From: Candidatus Bathyarchaeota archaeon
Lineage (GTDB): Archaea > Thermoproteota > Bathyarchaeia > Bathyarchaeales > Bathycorpusculaceae
Direction of reading: 5' to 3'
Length of the DNA: 64,000 nucleotides
Assembly (NCBI GenBank): GCA_963811105.1
Contig: CAWEPZ010000002.1
Location: 1-64,000 of the forward strand
A program made the translations under genes and the position numbers. This document shows positions 29,054 to 39,666 of the stretch, piece by piece; within the stretch, counting starts at the first letter, position 1, and each line of letters opens with the position of its first letter. Below the pieces are notes generated by a model. That model was not told where the DNA came from, did not search any database, and was given only the letters and a program-made list of their open reading frames with translations.

Positions 29054-30190
29054 TTGGCCTCTCTAGAAAAAACCCTGCCAACCAAAATGGTTGGATTCAT
29101 AGTTAACCCAGTGGCGGGAATGGGCGGCGCCGTCGGATTAAAAGGAACAGACGGCAAGCTTATCTTAGAAAAAGCCATATCGTTAGGCGCTAAGCCCATA
29201 GCGTCGCAAAGGGGAGAAACTTTTCTTGCAGAATTAACTGCTTCTAAAGGAAGCTTAAAACTGGTTGTTGGCGCTGGCTCAATGGGGGAGGTCGAAGCTC
29301 GAAAATGTGGCTTTTCTTTTGATGTTAAGGGCGAAAGCAAAAGTGAGACGTCTTCGGAAGATACCCAAAATATCGCTAAAGCCCTGGCTGCGTCGGGTGT
29401 TGATTTGCTTGTTTTCTGTGGTGGTGATGGAACAACTCGTGATATACTAAAGGCGGTCGGATCGAAAGTTCCTGTGCTTGGGGTTCCGACAGGCGTCAAA
29501 ATGCACAGTGCTATATTCGCTGTTAGCCCCCAAGCAGCAGCAAGAGTAGCCATTAGATATCTGTGGGTTGGGTTGCCTCTGCATGAAGCTGAGGTAATGG
29601 ATGTGGATGAGGAAGCTTTCAGAAACGGTCATCTTTCCGCTGAACTTTATGGATATATGCTAAGCCCATATGAGCCCACATTAATTCAGGTGAGCAAACT
29701 TGAAAGCCCAATGACTGAAAACGAAGTCCGCAACCAAGTAGCCATCGCACTTTTCATTATTGAAGAAATGAAACCGGACCCAATCTTTATCATAGGACCA
29801 GGAACTACAACCCGCACAATCGTGGATCTTTTAGATCAGACAAAAACACTGTTGGGAGTAGACCTAATTAGAGGCAAAAAAATAATCGCAAACGATGTTA
29901 ACGAGAAACAAATACTAGAAGCAATAGAGGGGAAGGCTGCAAGGATAATTGTGACACCGATTGGAGGGCAAGGATTCATTTTTGGTAGAGGAAACCAGCA
30001 AATAAGCAGCAAAGTAATTCGTCAAGTAGGCTTAGAAAATATTGTTGTGGCTGCAACTAAAACTAAGTTGGACAGGTTGAAGAGTTTAAGGGTTGATACT
30101 GGCGACTTGGAACTGGACGGCGAACTTAGAGCCTGTGGAGCATTAGTTGTAACAGATTATAAAGTTAAGCAAAGAATAGACATTGAATAG
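29054..30190 (+). CDS. ATP-NAD/AcoX kinase family protein
   Basis: NPVAGMGG, GGDGT, GVKMHS and GQGFIFGRGNQQ motifs. Confidence 0.85.
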   Translation: MASLEKTLPTKMVGFIVNPVAGMGGAVGLKGTDGKLILEKAISLGAKPIASQRGETFLAELTASKGSLKLVVGAGSMGEVEARKCGFSFDVKGESKSETSSEDTQNIAKALAASGVDLLVFCGGDGTTRDILKAVGSKVPVLGVPTGVKMHSAIFAVSPQAAARVAIRYLWVGLPLHEAEVMDVDEEAFRNGHLSAELYGYMLSPYEPTLIQVSKLESPMTENEVRNQVAIALFIIEEMKPDPIFIIGPGTTTRTIVDLLDQTKTLLGVDLIRGKKIIANDVNEKQILEAIEGKAARIIVTPIGGQGFIFGRGNQQISSKVIRQVGLENIVVAATKTKLDRLKSLRVDTGDLELDGELRACGALVVTDYKVKQRIDIE

Positions 30191-30311
30191 TATTTTCTTA
30201 TCTTGGCTATTTCCATTTCCTGTACCCTCCTTCTCAATAGATTCCTAAACATGTTGTTCGAAAATCAGAATAAGCAATATTCATAAGTATCATAAAAGTG
30301 AGGCTTGAAGT

Positions 30312-31167
30312 TTGATACCAATTAATCTGCCAAAAATCGGCGAAGAAGTGGTTAGCAGGCGGAAAACCCGTATTTGCTGACATTGACGCTGGGGCCTACA
30401 CTCTTTCGGCTAACGCAGTGAAAAGGCAGTGACAAAAAAGGGTATCTTGCCCGCGGATCTCTACGGTTTTTCTGCAGACATGAAGCCCAAGCGGAAAACG
30501 TAGACAAGTACTCTTTAATGTTGGTTGAAGACGCTCCGCAAGCGCATGGAACAATTACGCAGGTAAGCCAGCTGGTGGTTTTGCTGATGCTACTTGCTGG
30601 AGTTTGTATGCAAGCAAAAACATGACCACAGGCGAAGGCGGAGTAGTCACAACAAACAAAGATGAAATTGATGTAACTTTGAGGATGATTAGAACTCATA
30701 GGGAAAAAGCCAAGTATGCATTCGCTTATGCTTGAACCTAGTTACCGTATGTCCTAAATACAAGCAGCAATAGGCAATGTGCAAATAGCGAAATTTTCTT
30801 CTTTTTTGGAGAAACGCAGACAAAAGTGCTGCAACTAACAAAATCTTGGAAAAAAGCAACAGTTTCGTTTTGCCATGTGAGTCTAAAGATCGGCAGCAAG
30901 GTTGGTACCTTAATACAGCGAGACTTAACAATGGCACAGAGGTTGAACGCAACAGAATTGTTGAGGGATTGAAGAAAAACAGAATTGGCGCAGAATATAC
31001 TACATTAACCCTGATCATTAAATGGCGTTTTACCGTGAAGACTTTGGAAGCGCAAAAGTGCCTGAACGGAAAAAGCGTCAAAACAGGTTTTCTCTCTGCC
31101 GATTCATCCAGTAGTTACCACTGAACAGATTAGTTTCATAAGGGAAACTGTTCTTAGTATGATATAG
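30312..31167 (+). pseudogene. DegT/DnrJ/EryC1/StrS sugar aminotransferase, heavily decayed
   Basis: Fragments VFADID, VEDAPQAHG, SLYASKNMTTGEGG and SLPIHP spread over several frames with stops and deletions. Confidence 0.88.
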
Positions 31168-31293
31168 TCACTTTGTCGCAGTTTAAACGGTTCGTCGGAC
31201 AGGGGGACTGTAAGAGTTAAATTGAACGTTGCCCTATCAATAGGCTGTCCTCAGAAAGATTATTGGATTTTCTTTAAAGGAGAATGACTACAC

Positions 31294-31698
31294 TTGAGTA
31301 ATGAAGCAGACGTTTCCCATATAAAAGTTAAATTTATCATGGAAGGCTTAGGTGAAGCTGAAGGCGAATTAGTCCGCTTCTTAGCGCCAAGAACTATCGA
31401 CTACATCGTTCGCAAACTTCCAGTTGAAGGCAGAGCTGCATTATGGAAAGAAGAAGTTTACTTTGAAATCCCCATTAAAATGGGCGAAGAAAAAGCAAAA
31501 CCGACCGTTGAAACAGGCACAATTGCGTTTTGGCCAATGGGCGGCGCTTTATGCATATTTTATGGCAAATCACAACCTTATAGCCCTGTTAGTATTCTCG
31601 GAAAAATAACAAGTAATTTAGAGATTTTCAAGCAAGTTAAAAGTGGTACAACAATCCGAGTTGAAACATCAGCACCATTAACGCCTGTTGAGCCTTAG
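31294..31698 (+). CDS. Cyclophilin-like fold protein (DUF369-like)
   Basis: APRT...LP...WKEEVYF...GTIAFWP...LCIFYG. Confidence 0.82.
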   Translation: MSNEADVSHIKVKFIMEGLGEAEGELVRFLAPRTIDYIVRKLPVEGRAALWKEEVYFEIPIKMGEEKAKPTVETGTIAFWPMGGALCIFYGKSQPYSPVSILGKITSNLEIFKQVKSGTTIRVETSAPLTPVEP

Positions 31699-32177
31699 AA
31701 AGCTAATGAGCTTTCTTTCCACATTTGGAGCAGCCGTTCGCATTCTTCTTTTACATTTTCATCATTGCTTTTATATTTTAGAACCTGCAAGAACTCTATA
31801 CGCTTCGTTACCGTACGTTTTTCAGCATTGCCGCCGTAGTAGAGTTCACCTTCTAAGTACTCTTTCATTTGGTACGCTTTTTGGATAAAAAGGCTAGCGG
31901 CGTCAACTGGGTTCTCGACCGCGAACTTGTTTGCCCAGATGATTACTTCGGTTTCGCGCAATTGAGTTATGCCGTCGATTTCCATTATTTTCTTTATGTA
32001 TGCTCTTAGAAACTCAAGGCTGCCTGCCGTCTTTATCAGTTCAAGTGTTTTGTTGACTTTTTCTTTAAAATCTGATGAGCCTTCAACTGTTAAGTTGTGT
32101 TTGTAGCCTTGATCGATTAATGTTTTAGCAGTTTTTACTTCTTCAGTAGTGTATATTCTATCTGGAAAATCTCTCAA
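31695..32177 (-). CDS. Hypothetical protein
   Basis: 160-aa ORF with normal composition; no motif recognised. Confidence 0.7.
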   Translation of the reverse strand: MRDFPDRIYTTEEVKTAKTLIDQGYKHNLTVEGSSDFKEKVNKTLELIKTAGSLEFLRAYIKKIMEIDGITQLRETEVIIWANKFAVENPVDAASLFIQKAYQMKEYLEGELYYGGNAEKRTVTKRIEFLQVLKYKSNDENVKEECERLLQMWKESSLAF

Positions 32178-32235
32178 ATGAAACTACTCCATTAATTGTG
32201 GAAATTATTAAAACAAAGAATTAAGCTTGAGGAGT

Positions 32236-32562
32236 TCAGGCTGCTTTAGGCTTGTAGATCTTGATGTTGTGGCTTCCGGAGACAAGTTGCAATGTGCCGT
32301 TGGCTTCCAGCTGTTCTAGAAAGTCTTTGGCTGCGCTTATGCGTACACCGTACCGAGATGAAATAGCATATGGTGTTAGGACGCTCATCTTTTTAACTTC
32401 AGCGAGCACTTTGGCATCTTTTACGTCTGGTGGCATGATTCCGACTGTTTTTCTCTCTTTTGGCGGTCCTGCTTTCTCTTTCTTCTTTGCTTCTTTAGCT
32501 TCGTCTTGAGTGACCTGTTGCTTCTCCATTTGTTTTATGCCGAGCTTCTTTTTTCCACCCAT
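32236..32562 (-). CDS. rps25e: 30S ribosomal protein S25e
   Basis: Lys-rich N-terminus; LTPYAISSRYGVRISAAK..L..LE winged helix. Confidence 0.9.
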   Translation of the reverse strand: MGGKKKLGIKQMEKQQVTQDEAKEAKKKEKAGPPKERKTVGIMPPDVKDAKVLAEVKKMSVLTPYAISSRYGVRISAAKDFLEQLEANGTLQLVSGSHNIKIYKPKAA

Positions 32563-32596
32563 GATTTTTTCACCTTAAATTTTGTATTCTCAACAT

Positions 32597-34105
32597 CTAG
32601 ATTGGTTGGCTTATTTCAACCTTATGTTGTGCCTTCCATTCTTTGAGTGGAACGCCAAGTTTCTTTTCAACTTCCGTTCTATGGATGGAGTTCATGGTGC
32701 AGAATGGAATTATGCGACCGTCTGGAACTGCATAATGAATTACGCAACGTTGGACTCGTTCAAGGTCAAAGTTGTATGGATCCATGAAGTGCATTGATGA
32801 TAGCATAACTGTTTGTCTTGCGAAGTCGCCTAGTGACTGGTAATCGCCATCCATCAGAACTTTGAGGACATATTTTCGCAGAAAATTGAATTTTATGTGT
32901 CTTGCGGAGCCAAGAAGGCGAAGTTTTGCTTTGCTTTTGTTACCTTTTGCTGCGTCAGCGTAAACGCTCTTAAGTGAACCCGCGAATTTTTCTATGTTAC
33001 CATAGCGCGTTACAGGTTTTATTTTGCCGTTTTCAATAAACAAAAATGTTGCCATGCCGCAATGTGGGTGCGCTGTGAATTCGACGTACCGCTTGTTTTT
33101 TAATGCACCAACAGCTTTGGAGACGGGCACCACAACAGGTACAGGGTAGAAGTCAGAAGTTTTCACGTCACCGTTTGTTTGCTCTTCAACTAGTCGCATG
33201 AAATCTGGGATTGTGATTCGCATTTTTTCTCTTTCTTGTTGAGGTAGCCTTCCACAGAGCGAAACTGGCTGAACGTTAACACATCGAATCAAATCAGAGT
33301 TTTTCGCAGCAAACCTAACAATATCCCCAAGTTGTTGGTCGTTAACGCCTTTAACTAATGTAACTACTAAGACGATGCTGTCATATCCTGCTTGACGGAG
33401 ATTTTCGAGGGCTTTCATTTTGGTTTCAAGAAGGTCTAATCCTCTGATGAACTTGTAAACATCAGCGGTTAAACCGTCAAACTGTAAGTAAATTGTGCTA
33501 ACCCCGGCGGCCTTCAACTTCTTGGCGTATTCAGGGTCCTGCGCAATTCGAACGCCATTCGTATTTACTTCTACATGTTTAAACCCTATTTCTTTTGCTT
33601 TTCGAATAAAATCGAAAAGTTCATTGCGAATGGTTGGTTCTCCACCTGAAAACTGCAGGGCTGTTGCAGGCACAGGTTTGTTATTATGAAGGTTTTCCAA
33701 CATACCTGTAATCTGCTCAGCTGTTGGTTCATACACGTATCCAGCTGACGAAGCGTTAGCAAAGCAAACAGGGCACTTTAAGTTGCAACGGTTGGTAACG
33801 TCAATTATTGCAAGTGCGGTATGTGATTTATGTTCCGGGCAGATACCGCAGTCGTTTGGACACCCCTTTTCCTTTTTTGTTCGGGGGTTTTCCATTCCGT
33901 CGCCATCATATCGGAATTTTTCCGCGCGTACGTATTGGTCGTAGTCTGACCAGTAAAGTTCTTGGAAATGCCCATGCTCGGGGCAATCTTTTTTCATGAA
34001 GACTTTGCCGTCGTCTTCGTAAATTGTTGCATCAATTGCTTTTAGGCATTCAGGGCATATGCTTCTTGTAGGTTTAATGTCTTTCATTTTTTTGCCTTCT
34101 AACAT
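32597..34105 (-). CDS. tes: Tetraether lipid synthase (GDGT-MAS, MJ0619-type radical SAM)
   Basis: SICPEC...CPEHG, CPNDCGICPEH, CNLKCPVC, HPHCG and RCVIHY...PFC motifs. Confidence 0.88.
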   Translation of the reverse strand: MLEGKKMKDIKPTRSICPECLKAIDATIYEDDGKVFMKKDCPEHGHFQELYWSDYDQYVRAEKFRYDGDGMENPRTKKEKGCPNDCGICPEHKSHTALAIIDVTNRCNLKCPVCFANASSAGYVYEPTAEQITGMLENLHNNKPVPATALQFSGGEPTIRNELFDFIRKAKEIGFKHVEVNTNGVRIAQDPEYAKKLKAAGVSTIYLQFDGLTADVYKFIRGLDLLETKMKALENLRQAGYDSIVLVVTLVKGVNDQQLGDIVRFAAKNSDLIRCVNVQPVSLCGRLPQQEREKMRITIPDFMRLVEEQTNGDVKTSDFYPVPVVVPVSKAVGALKNKRYVEFTAHPHCGMATFLFIENGKIKPVTRYGNIEKFAGSLKSVYADAAKGNKSKAKLRLLGSARHIKFNFLRKYVLKVLMDGDYQSLGDFARQTVMLSSMHFMDPYNFDLERVQRCVIHYAVPDGRIIPFCTMNSIHRTEVEKKLGVPLKEWKAQHKVEISQPI

Positions 34106-34187
34106 CTAAGCGCTTTTCGAAGTGCTTAAGAACATATGTGATGTAATAAGGTTTCCAAACGTTTCCTATGGTGATTGAGGGGAGAGA

Positions 34188-34940
34188 ATGTCAATTAACG
34201 AAAACACAAGGAATGCCCTGCGAGAAATGGGTTTGAATGCTTACGAAATTGACTCTTACTTAGTTCTGCTTGAAGGCGGGCAGATGACTGCTATGGAGAT
34301 AAGTCAAGAAGCTAAAATTCCCTACAGTAAAATCTATGAGGTTCTAAACTTACTAAAGGAAAAGGGCTGGATAAAAAGCACTGAAAGCCGGCCATTCAAG
34401 TACTATCCTGTACCGCCGCTTGAAGCAACAAGGTTCACAAAGCTGAGGCTTGAAGACAAATACCTTAACTGGGAAAACACAATTGCCGAAACACTTCAGC
34501 CCCAATACGAAAAACGAGAACTTTTCGAGAGACCCGACATGCTGATTCTGCGAGGTCAACAAGCGGTAATGGGTAAACTTGAAGAGGTCCTAATGAAAGC
34601 AACTAAAGAAATCGTAATAGCTGCTCCGGTATTTGCTAAACCAGTAATCGTCTTGGCTGAACCTTTACTTGGCAGCGGCTTAAAACGAACTGTTAGCGTG
34701 AAACTGATGGCTGCTGGAAAGACGGAGGATTGGATTTTCCTAAAAAAATATCCTATCTTAAATGAGCTGCGTATCCGTGACCACATGTTTGGCGGCGGCA
34801 TAATCGCTGATGGTAAAGAAGCCATGCTCTTACTAGGCGAGGACAAACCCAGCCTCGTTATATGGAGTGATCATGTCGGGTTAGTTGAGTTTGCAAGAGA
34901 ATATTTCCAGTTCTTATGGGACTCATCGGAAACGGTTTAG
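34188..34940 (+). CDS. TrmB-family transcriptional regulator
   Basis: GLNAYE..Y..LL, IPYSKIYEVL..L..KG HTH; C-terminal effector domain. Confidence 0.9.
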   Translation: MSINENTRNALREMGLNAYEIDSYLVLLEGGQMTAMEISQEAKIPYSKIYEVLNLLKEKGWIKSTESRPFKYYPVPPLEATRFTKLRLEDKYLNWENTIAETLQPQYEKRELFERPDMLILRGQQAVMGKLEEVLMKATKEIVIAAPVFAKPVIVLAEPLLGSGLKRTVSVKLMAAGKTEDWIFLKKYPILNELRIRDHMFGGGIIADGKEAMLLLGEDKPSLVIWSDHVGLVEFAREYFQFLWDSSETV

Positions 34941-35033
34941 AAACAATTTTTCGAACAAAGAAAAATTCAAATTGTAATAGAGGAAATCGTGTATACAAAA
35001 AAGAAGAAAGGGAGAACTTTGGTTATTAAGTTA

Positions 35034-35255
35034 CTATTTTCCCATGACTTTTCTAGCGGCGATTTCAATATCTTCCGCTTTAATTGTTTTTCTTCCAGCA
35101 TGCATTGCATAATCAAGTGCTTCTTTAGCAATCTTTACACCAATATCTTCAAGTGCCTTTGCAAGTTCTTTTGCCGCTGCTTCGCTAACTCTATCCGCGC
35201 CTGCTTTCTTACATAACCTATGCATGGGAGCTACAGCTATTTCTAATTCAGTCAT
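35034..35255 (-). CDS. Archaeal histone
   Basis: AGADRVS...HAGRKTIKAED. Confidence 0.95.
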   Translation of the reverse strand: MTELEIAVAPMHRLCKKAGADRVSEAAAKELAKALEDIGVKIAKEALDYAMHAGRKTIKAEDIEIAARKVMGK

Positions 35256-35404
35256 ATCGACATCTCTATTGCTTCTTTTTCATTTTAAAGCAATATTTAA
35301 CCTTTGTTATCGTTTTTTCCTCTAGAACGCCCCTAAGGTTGAAACTTGTTGAACAAAAAAAAGAAAACATAAAAATATTAAATGTGATATTAGCGCTGAG
35401 AAAA

Positions 35405-36178
35405 ATGAAACTAATAGATGCGCATGTGCACCTTTCAGACGCAGAATACAGCAGCCACATTGAGGAATTAATTGCAGACGCAAAAAACACAGGTGTAAAA
35501 GCATTAGTGACAAACTCTGTGGATTTTAGAACTTGCCAAAACGACATATCGTTAGCCGAAAAATACTCTGGCCTAGTTTACCCTGCTTTAGGGATTCACC
35601 CCTGGAACGTTAACGTCCTTAAGGAAAACGAGATTGAGGAAACTATCGACTTCATCCAAAAACAAAGAAGCTGGGTTAAAGCAATCGGTGAAATAGGCTT
35701 AGACTGCAAATACGAAACTGTGTGGGAAAAACAACTAATGGTTTTTGACAAAATGCTTCATCTTGCTGAATCGCTTGAACTTCCTGTAATTATTCATTCC
35801 CGAGGAACAACAGACAAAATAGTAGATATGCTTCCTTCATACCGTCTTAAGCGCGTGTTGCTGCATTGGTTTAGCCATCCCATGAGTGCATTGTTCAAAG
35901 CAATGGATTATGGATACTTCATTACTGAAGGTCCACCTCTAACTTATTCAGTCGGCATCCGTGAAGTAGTAGCAGAAGTGCCGTTAACAAACTTCTTAAC
36001 AGAAACCGATGGTCCAGTAACATATTGGAAACGCCCTTACAACGGTCAATTAACCAAGCCTTCTTTCATACGCAATGTAGTTGAAGCAACAGCCGAGATT
36101 AAGAAAATGCCCGTTGATGATGTTGCCGAGCAGATTGCCAAGAACTTTGAAGTTTTCTTCAACATAAAACTAACTTAA
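35405..36178 (+). CDS. tatD: TatD-family nuclease
   Basis: IDAHVH, GIHP, IGEIGLD, IHSR and ETDGP motifs. Confidence 0.93.
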   Translation: MKLIDAHVHLSDAEYSSHIEELIADAKNTGVKALVTNSVDFRTCQNDISLAEKYSGLVYPALGIHPWNVNVLKENEIEETIDFIQKQRSWVKAIGEIGLDCKYETVWEKQLMVFDKMLHLAESLELPVIIHSRGTTDKIVDMLPSYRLKRVLLHWFSHPMSALFKAMDYGYFITEGPPLTYSVGIREVVAEVPLTNFLTETDGPVTYWKRPYNGQLTKPSFIRNVVEATAEIKKMPVDDVAEQIAKNFEVFFNIKLT

Positions 36179-36341
36179 TTTCTTCTTTTGTGAACTAAAT
36201 TTTGCCTGCAATTCATCGATCAATTAGAAGAGCCTCTTTTCTTAGGCGTAAACTTAAATTAAGCCTATCAACTATTGAGGGATTGCTCCTGCGCTTTTTA
36301 AGCGACGGACATTAAACATTGATGACTCGAGGAATTGAGAT

Positions 36342-36572
36342 TTGGGAAAAGTTAAGACCGATCAGGTTAAACGAGCAGGTAAAGAACTCATGCGCCGTTT
36401 TCCAACTACATTTACCACAAGCTTTGATGAAAACAAGCGTTTAGTTGACTCCTTAACGCAGGGAACAACCACGCGAGTAAGAAATCAGATTGCCGGATAC
36501 ATAACTCGTACTTTGTCATTAGCTCAAAACAACTCTTCAGATGAATCTGTAATTGAAGAAGAATCGGAATAA
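36342..36572 (+). CDS. rps17e: 30S ribosomal protein S17e
   Basis: MGKVKT...FDENK...RNQIAGYIT. Confidence 0.95.
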   Translation: MGKVKTDQVKRAGKELMRRFPTTFTTSFDENKRLVDSLTQGTTTRVRNQIAGYITRTLSLAQNNSSDESVIEEESE

Positions 36573-36599
36573 ACTGTCCATTTTAGGACAAGAAATCTC

Positions 36600-36977
36600 T
36601 TGATGGATGAGTACAGAAAAGGTTGGGCGCTCAGATACCTGCGCGAAGCAAAAGCCGAGTTGGAAGCTGCGCGAAAAATCCCTTACATGGCGCCAGGTTT
36701 AGTTTTAGAAGCCATCAGAAAGGCAAGAAACGCAATATACTATAGTCTTGGCGAACCCGCTTTCATAGAAATTCTTATCCGGGAACAAGTAATGAAAAAC
36801 CCAAACACTAATGATTCGATTCTGCGTTTCTTAATTGAACTCGAAAATATCGTACAACAAATTTCACAACTGGAAGAAGTAAATGGTGATGCAATGATGA
36901 AACAGGCAGATTCTATAGTTGAAATAGCCACAGATATCGTGGAAACTTTAACAGAGGAAAGATTCCAAAACTTTTAG
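36600..36977 (+). CDS. All-helical HEPN-like hypothetical protein
   Basis: RYLREAKAELEAA...EAIRKA pattern; no RxxxxH motif. Confidence 0.5.
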   Translation: MMDEYRKGWALRYLREAKAELEAARKIPYMAPGLVLEAIRKARNAIYYSLGEPAFIEILIREQVMKNPNTNDSILRFLIELENIVQQISQLEEVNGDAMMKQADSIVEIATDIVETLTEERFQNF

Positions 36978-37051
36978 GTATTCAAGCAGCTAAATTACAT
37001 AGAACTTTAACACAGTAACAGCTTATAGACAAAAGTGAGCAAAGAAGAAAT

Positions 37052-37332
37052 ATGCCTTTGACATTGAAATTTATTGGCGCCTTGCGGCAGATTTCAGGCA
37101 AAACGCAATTAATTGTCCCTTTTCAAGAAGAATCGCTTAAAGAACTCTTAGCCAAGCTTGGCAAAGAGATGCCCCATTAGAAAAAATCTTTGACGCTGAT
37201 CTACTAAATGATTCAAAATCCAATGCGTTGGTACTCGTTAATGGCAGAGAAATCAGTGTTTTAAACGGTTTAGAAACCAAACTTAACGACGAGGACGAAA
37301 TTGTATTTATTCCAGTCGTTCATGGCGGTTAA
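37052..37332 (+). CDS. MoaD/ThiS/SAMP ubiquitin-like sulfur carrier, 1-nt deletion at about 37172-37175
   Basis: MPLTLKFIGALR... then a shifted frame ...VLVNGREI...LNDEDEIVFIPVVHGG*. Confidence 0.88.
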
Positions 37333-37338
37333 ACTGCA

Positions 37339-38118
37339 ATGATAACTTTGACTAGCGACTTTGGCCTCAAAGACCCTTATGTGGCAGAGATGAAGGGCGT
37401 AATCTTAACTCTAAACCCAAAAGCCACGCTAATTGACATAAGTCATGGTATTGAAAAGTTTAACATACGAATGGCCGCTTTCACTTTAGCTTCGGCAGCA
37501 CCATACTTTCCAAATCGCACCGTCCACTTGGCAGTTGTTGACCCTGGCGTTGGCACTCAAAGACGCGCCATTTTAATCCAGACCAGAAAAGGCTTTTTTA
37601 TAGGGCCTGATAATGGGATTTTAATTTTAGCGGCTAAAAACCAAGGTTTAGAACACATATACCAGATTACTAATGCCAAGTTGATGTTGCCGAAAATCTC
37701 TGATACTTTTCACGGAAGAGATATTTTTGCTCCTGCAGCAGCTTACTTAGATAAAAACGTTGAGCCAAACGAGTTTGGGGAGGAAATAAAAGATCTAGTT
37801 GAACCCGAATTCGCAAGACTAACTCGAAGAGGTGATGCTTTAATTGGCGAGGTCTTGCACATAGACGGTTTTGGCAACATTATCTCAAATATAAACGAGA
37901 AAAAGTTGCCACAAAAGAATTGTAAAATCATGACCGTTAAACTTCTTCAAGCTTCTTTAAAACTTAAGTTTGGCAAAAAATATGCCGAGGTAGAACCTAA
38001 CGAGCCGGTTGTTTTGATTGGAAGTCATGGGTTTGTGGAAATAGCGCTAAACCAGGGCAGCGCCGCGGAAAAGTTCTGTGCAAAAGTTGGAGATAAAATC
38101 TCAGTTACGCCTACTTGA
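37339..38118 (+). CDS. SAM hydroxide adenosyltransferase (DUF62, chlorinase/fluorinase family)
   Basis: LTSDFG, VVDPGVG, GPDNG, TFHGRD and DGFGN motifs. Confidence 0.92.
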   Translation: MITLTSDFGLKDPYVAEMKGVILTLNPKATLIDISHGIEKFNIRMAAFTLASAAPYFPNRTVHLAVVDPGVGTQRRAILIQTRKGFFIGPDNGILILAAKNQGLEHIYQITNAKLMLPKISDTFHGRDIFAPAAAYLDKNVEPNEFGEEIKDLVEPEFARLTRRGDALIGEVLHIDGFGNIISNINEKKLPQKNCKIMTVKLLQASLKLKFGKKYAEVEPNEPVVLIGSHGFVEIALNQGSAAEKFCAKVGDKISVTPT

Positions 38119-39087
38119 GTTATCAACAATTCTTTCGATTACGTCAACAGGATTCTCTAATTCTGCCAGCTTACTTTGTACCTCAAATCTTTTGCCGATA
38201 TACTTTTTGGCGTATGAGACCACTTGACGTTCTGAAGTGGCGAACAATGGGAACCCCTTATGAGATAGATACTTGTTAACATAAGTTTTAGCCATATCAG
38301 AAATTGCTATGCTGGGAATCCCTTGAAGAGCGGCTTCTCTTGCAATTGTTCCTCCATAACTAATAACTAAATCAGCGTTAGCAACCAAACTCGCTGAATC
38401 AACAAATCGGTCTTTAAATCCAAAAGATCTGCTCTTATTGTTATATCTTTGAATAAAATGCACTTTCCCAAACTTTGCAAGTTTTTCTGCGAGGATTTGT
38501 GCAGAATCCGTATTTCCGCCAGCGTAAGCTGCCTTCGACTCAATCTGCCTTATAACTATCAGTGGCTTCTCTAACCCAGCGATTTTTAGGGGTTTGAAAT
38601 TTTTGATCCAGGCAACTTCATCTACCCCTTTGTATGTTACAATATTTTTGGCGCAATACTCTCTTGTAAATTGTTTAGGTAAAGCCTCTGAAACTACGAC
38701 TGTGTCCGCAAAGGGTATTGTTAACCTGTTGACGGCTTTGGCATATGGAGTATCTGCCGTGAGAATGATTGGGATTCCCAAGCCAAAAGCGGTTCGGCAA
38801 AGCTCAACCGACTGATGCGCTATTGCAACGTCCGGAGGGCTTTCCTTGAACATCTTAGAAAATTGAATTATACGTTCGGCGCTCTCTTCCAATCTTGAGG
38901 AAAGAGTCGATGGGTCATACTTTCCAACGACAATTGGTTTTTCTTCTAGAATTTTTGCTAATGGTATGGTGTCTGTGTGTTCACGGGTTGTAAAAATGAA
39001 TTCGTGACCTGCTTTCCTGAGACGTTGTCCAATAGCCGTGCCATATCTAATGTGCTTTCCTGTGCAGGCGTCATACCATATTTTCAT
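38101..39087 (-). CDS. DUF354-like GT-B fold protein (UDP-sugar epimerase/LpxB-like)
   Basis: MKIWYD, FGLGIP and GGTIAREAALQGIP motifs. Confidence 0.75.
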   Translation of the reverse strand: MKIWYDACTGKHIRYGTAIGQRLRKAGHEFIFTTREHTDTIPLAKILEEKPIVVGKYDPSTLSSRLEESAERIIQFSKMFKESPPDVAIAHQSVELCRTAFGLGIPIILTADTPYAKAVNRLTIPFADTVVVSEALPKQFTREYCAKNIVTYKGVDEVAWIKNFKPLKIAGLEKPLIVIRQIESKAAYAGGNTDSAQILAEKLAKFGKVHFIQRYNNKSRSFGFKDRFVDSASLVANADLVISYGGTIAREAALQGIPSIAISDMAKTYVNKYLSHKGFPLFATSERQVVSYAKKYIGKRFEVQSKLAELENPVDVIERIVDNSSRRN

Positions 39088-39091
39088 TTGT

Positions 39092-39595
39092 TCACCCTTT
39101 TCTTGTTGCAATGAAAGATTCACGTTTAGCTTCATATTCTTCTAAAGTCATTACTATTTGTGCGGGAACGCCTGCGGAAACTGTACGCGCAGGAACATTT
39201 TTGGTAACCACGCTTCCGCCGCCAATAACTGCTTTTTCTCCTATTATCACATCTGGTAGTACGGTTACGCCTCCGCCGATTGCAACCCCGTCTTTGATGA
39301 TTGGCGGTGTCATGAAAGCGCTTTTTGGGTACTTGTCATTTAGAAGTGAACTGTTGGGAGCAATAAACACGTTATCGCCTAAAATGCAGCCGTTTGAGAT
39401 GGTTACATGTGCTTGTATGTTGCAGTTTTTCCCTAAAACTACATCTTTTCCAATGTCACAAAAGCTTCCTATGAGAGTGCCATCGCCAATTTTAGTGTTG
39501 TCGCCAATTACAACATAATTCCAAATGGCGACGTTTGCACCTATTTCTACGTTTATCCCAGTGATTATTCCCTGGCCTTTCTTTGCAATTAGCAT
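39092..39595 (-). CDS. Hexapeptide-repeat N-acetyltransferase (WbpD-like)
   Basis: Left-handed beta-helix repeats, LLNDKYP and GSVVTKNVP..GVPA. Confidence 0.88.
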   Translation of the reverse strand: MLIAKKGQGIITGINVEIGANVAIWNYVVIGDNTKIGDGTLIGSFCDIGKDVVLGKNCNIQAHVTISNGCILGDNVFIAPNSSLLNDKYPKSAFMTPPIIKDGVAIGGGVTVLPDVIIGEKAVIGGGSVVTKNVPARTVSAGVPAQIVMTLEEYEAKRESFIATRKG

Positions 39596-39666
39596 AGCTT
39601 TCCTTTCGGGCTCCGGATTTAAATAGTTTAACTCTAACTTGACATTCTAGTGCCGAGGCAAAAATC

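Noticed and set aside
31195-31255. Possible structured RNA (GGACAG/CTGTCC, CCTAT/ATAGG)
   Set aside because: Short stems, no tRNA or C/D box pattern; overlaps the promoter/leader of the next gene
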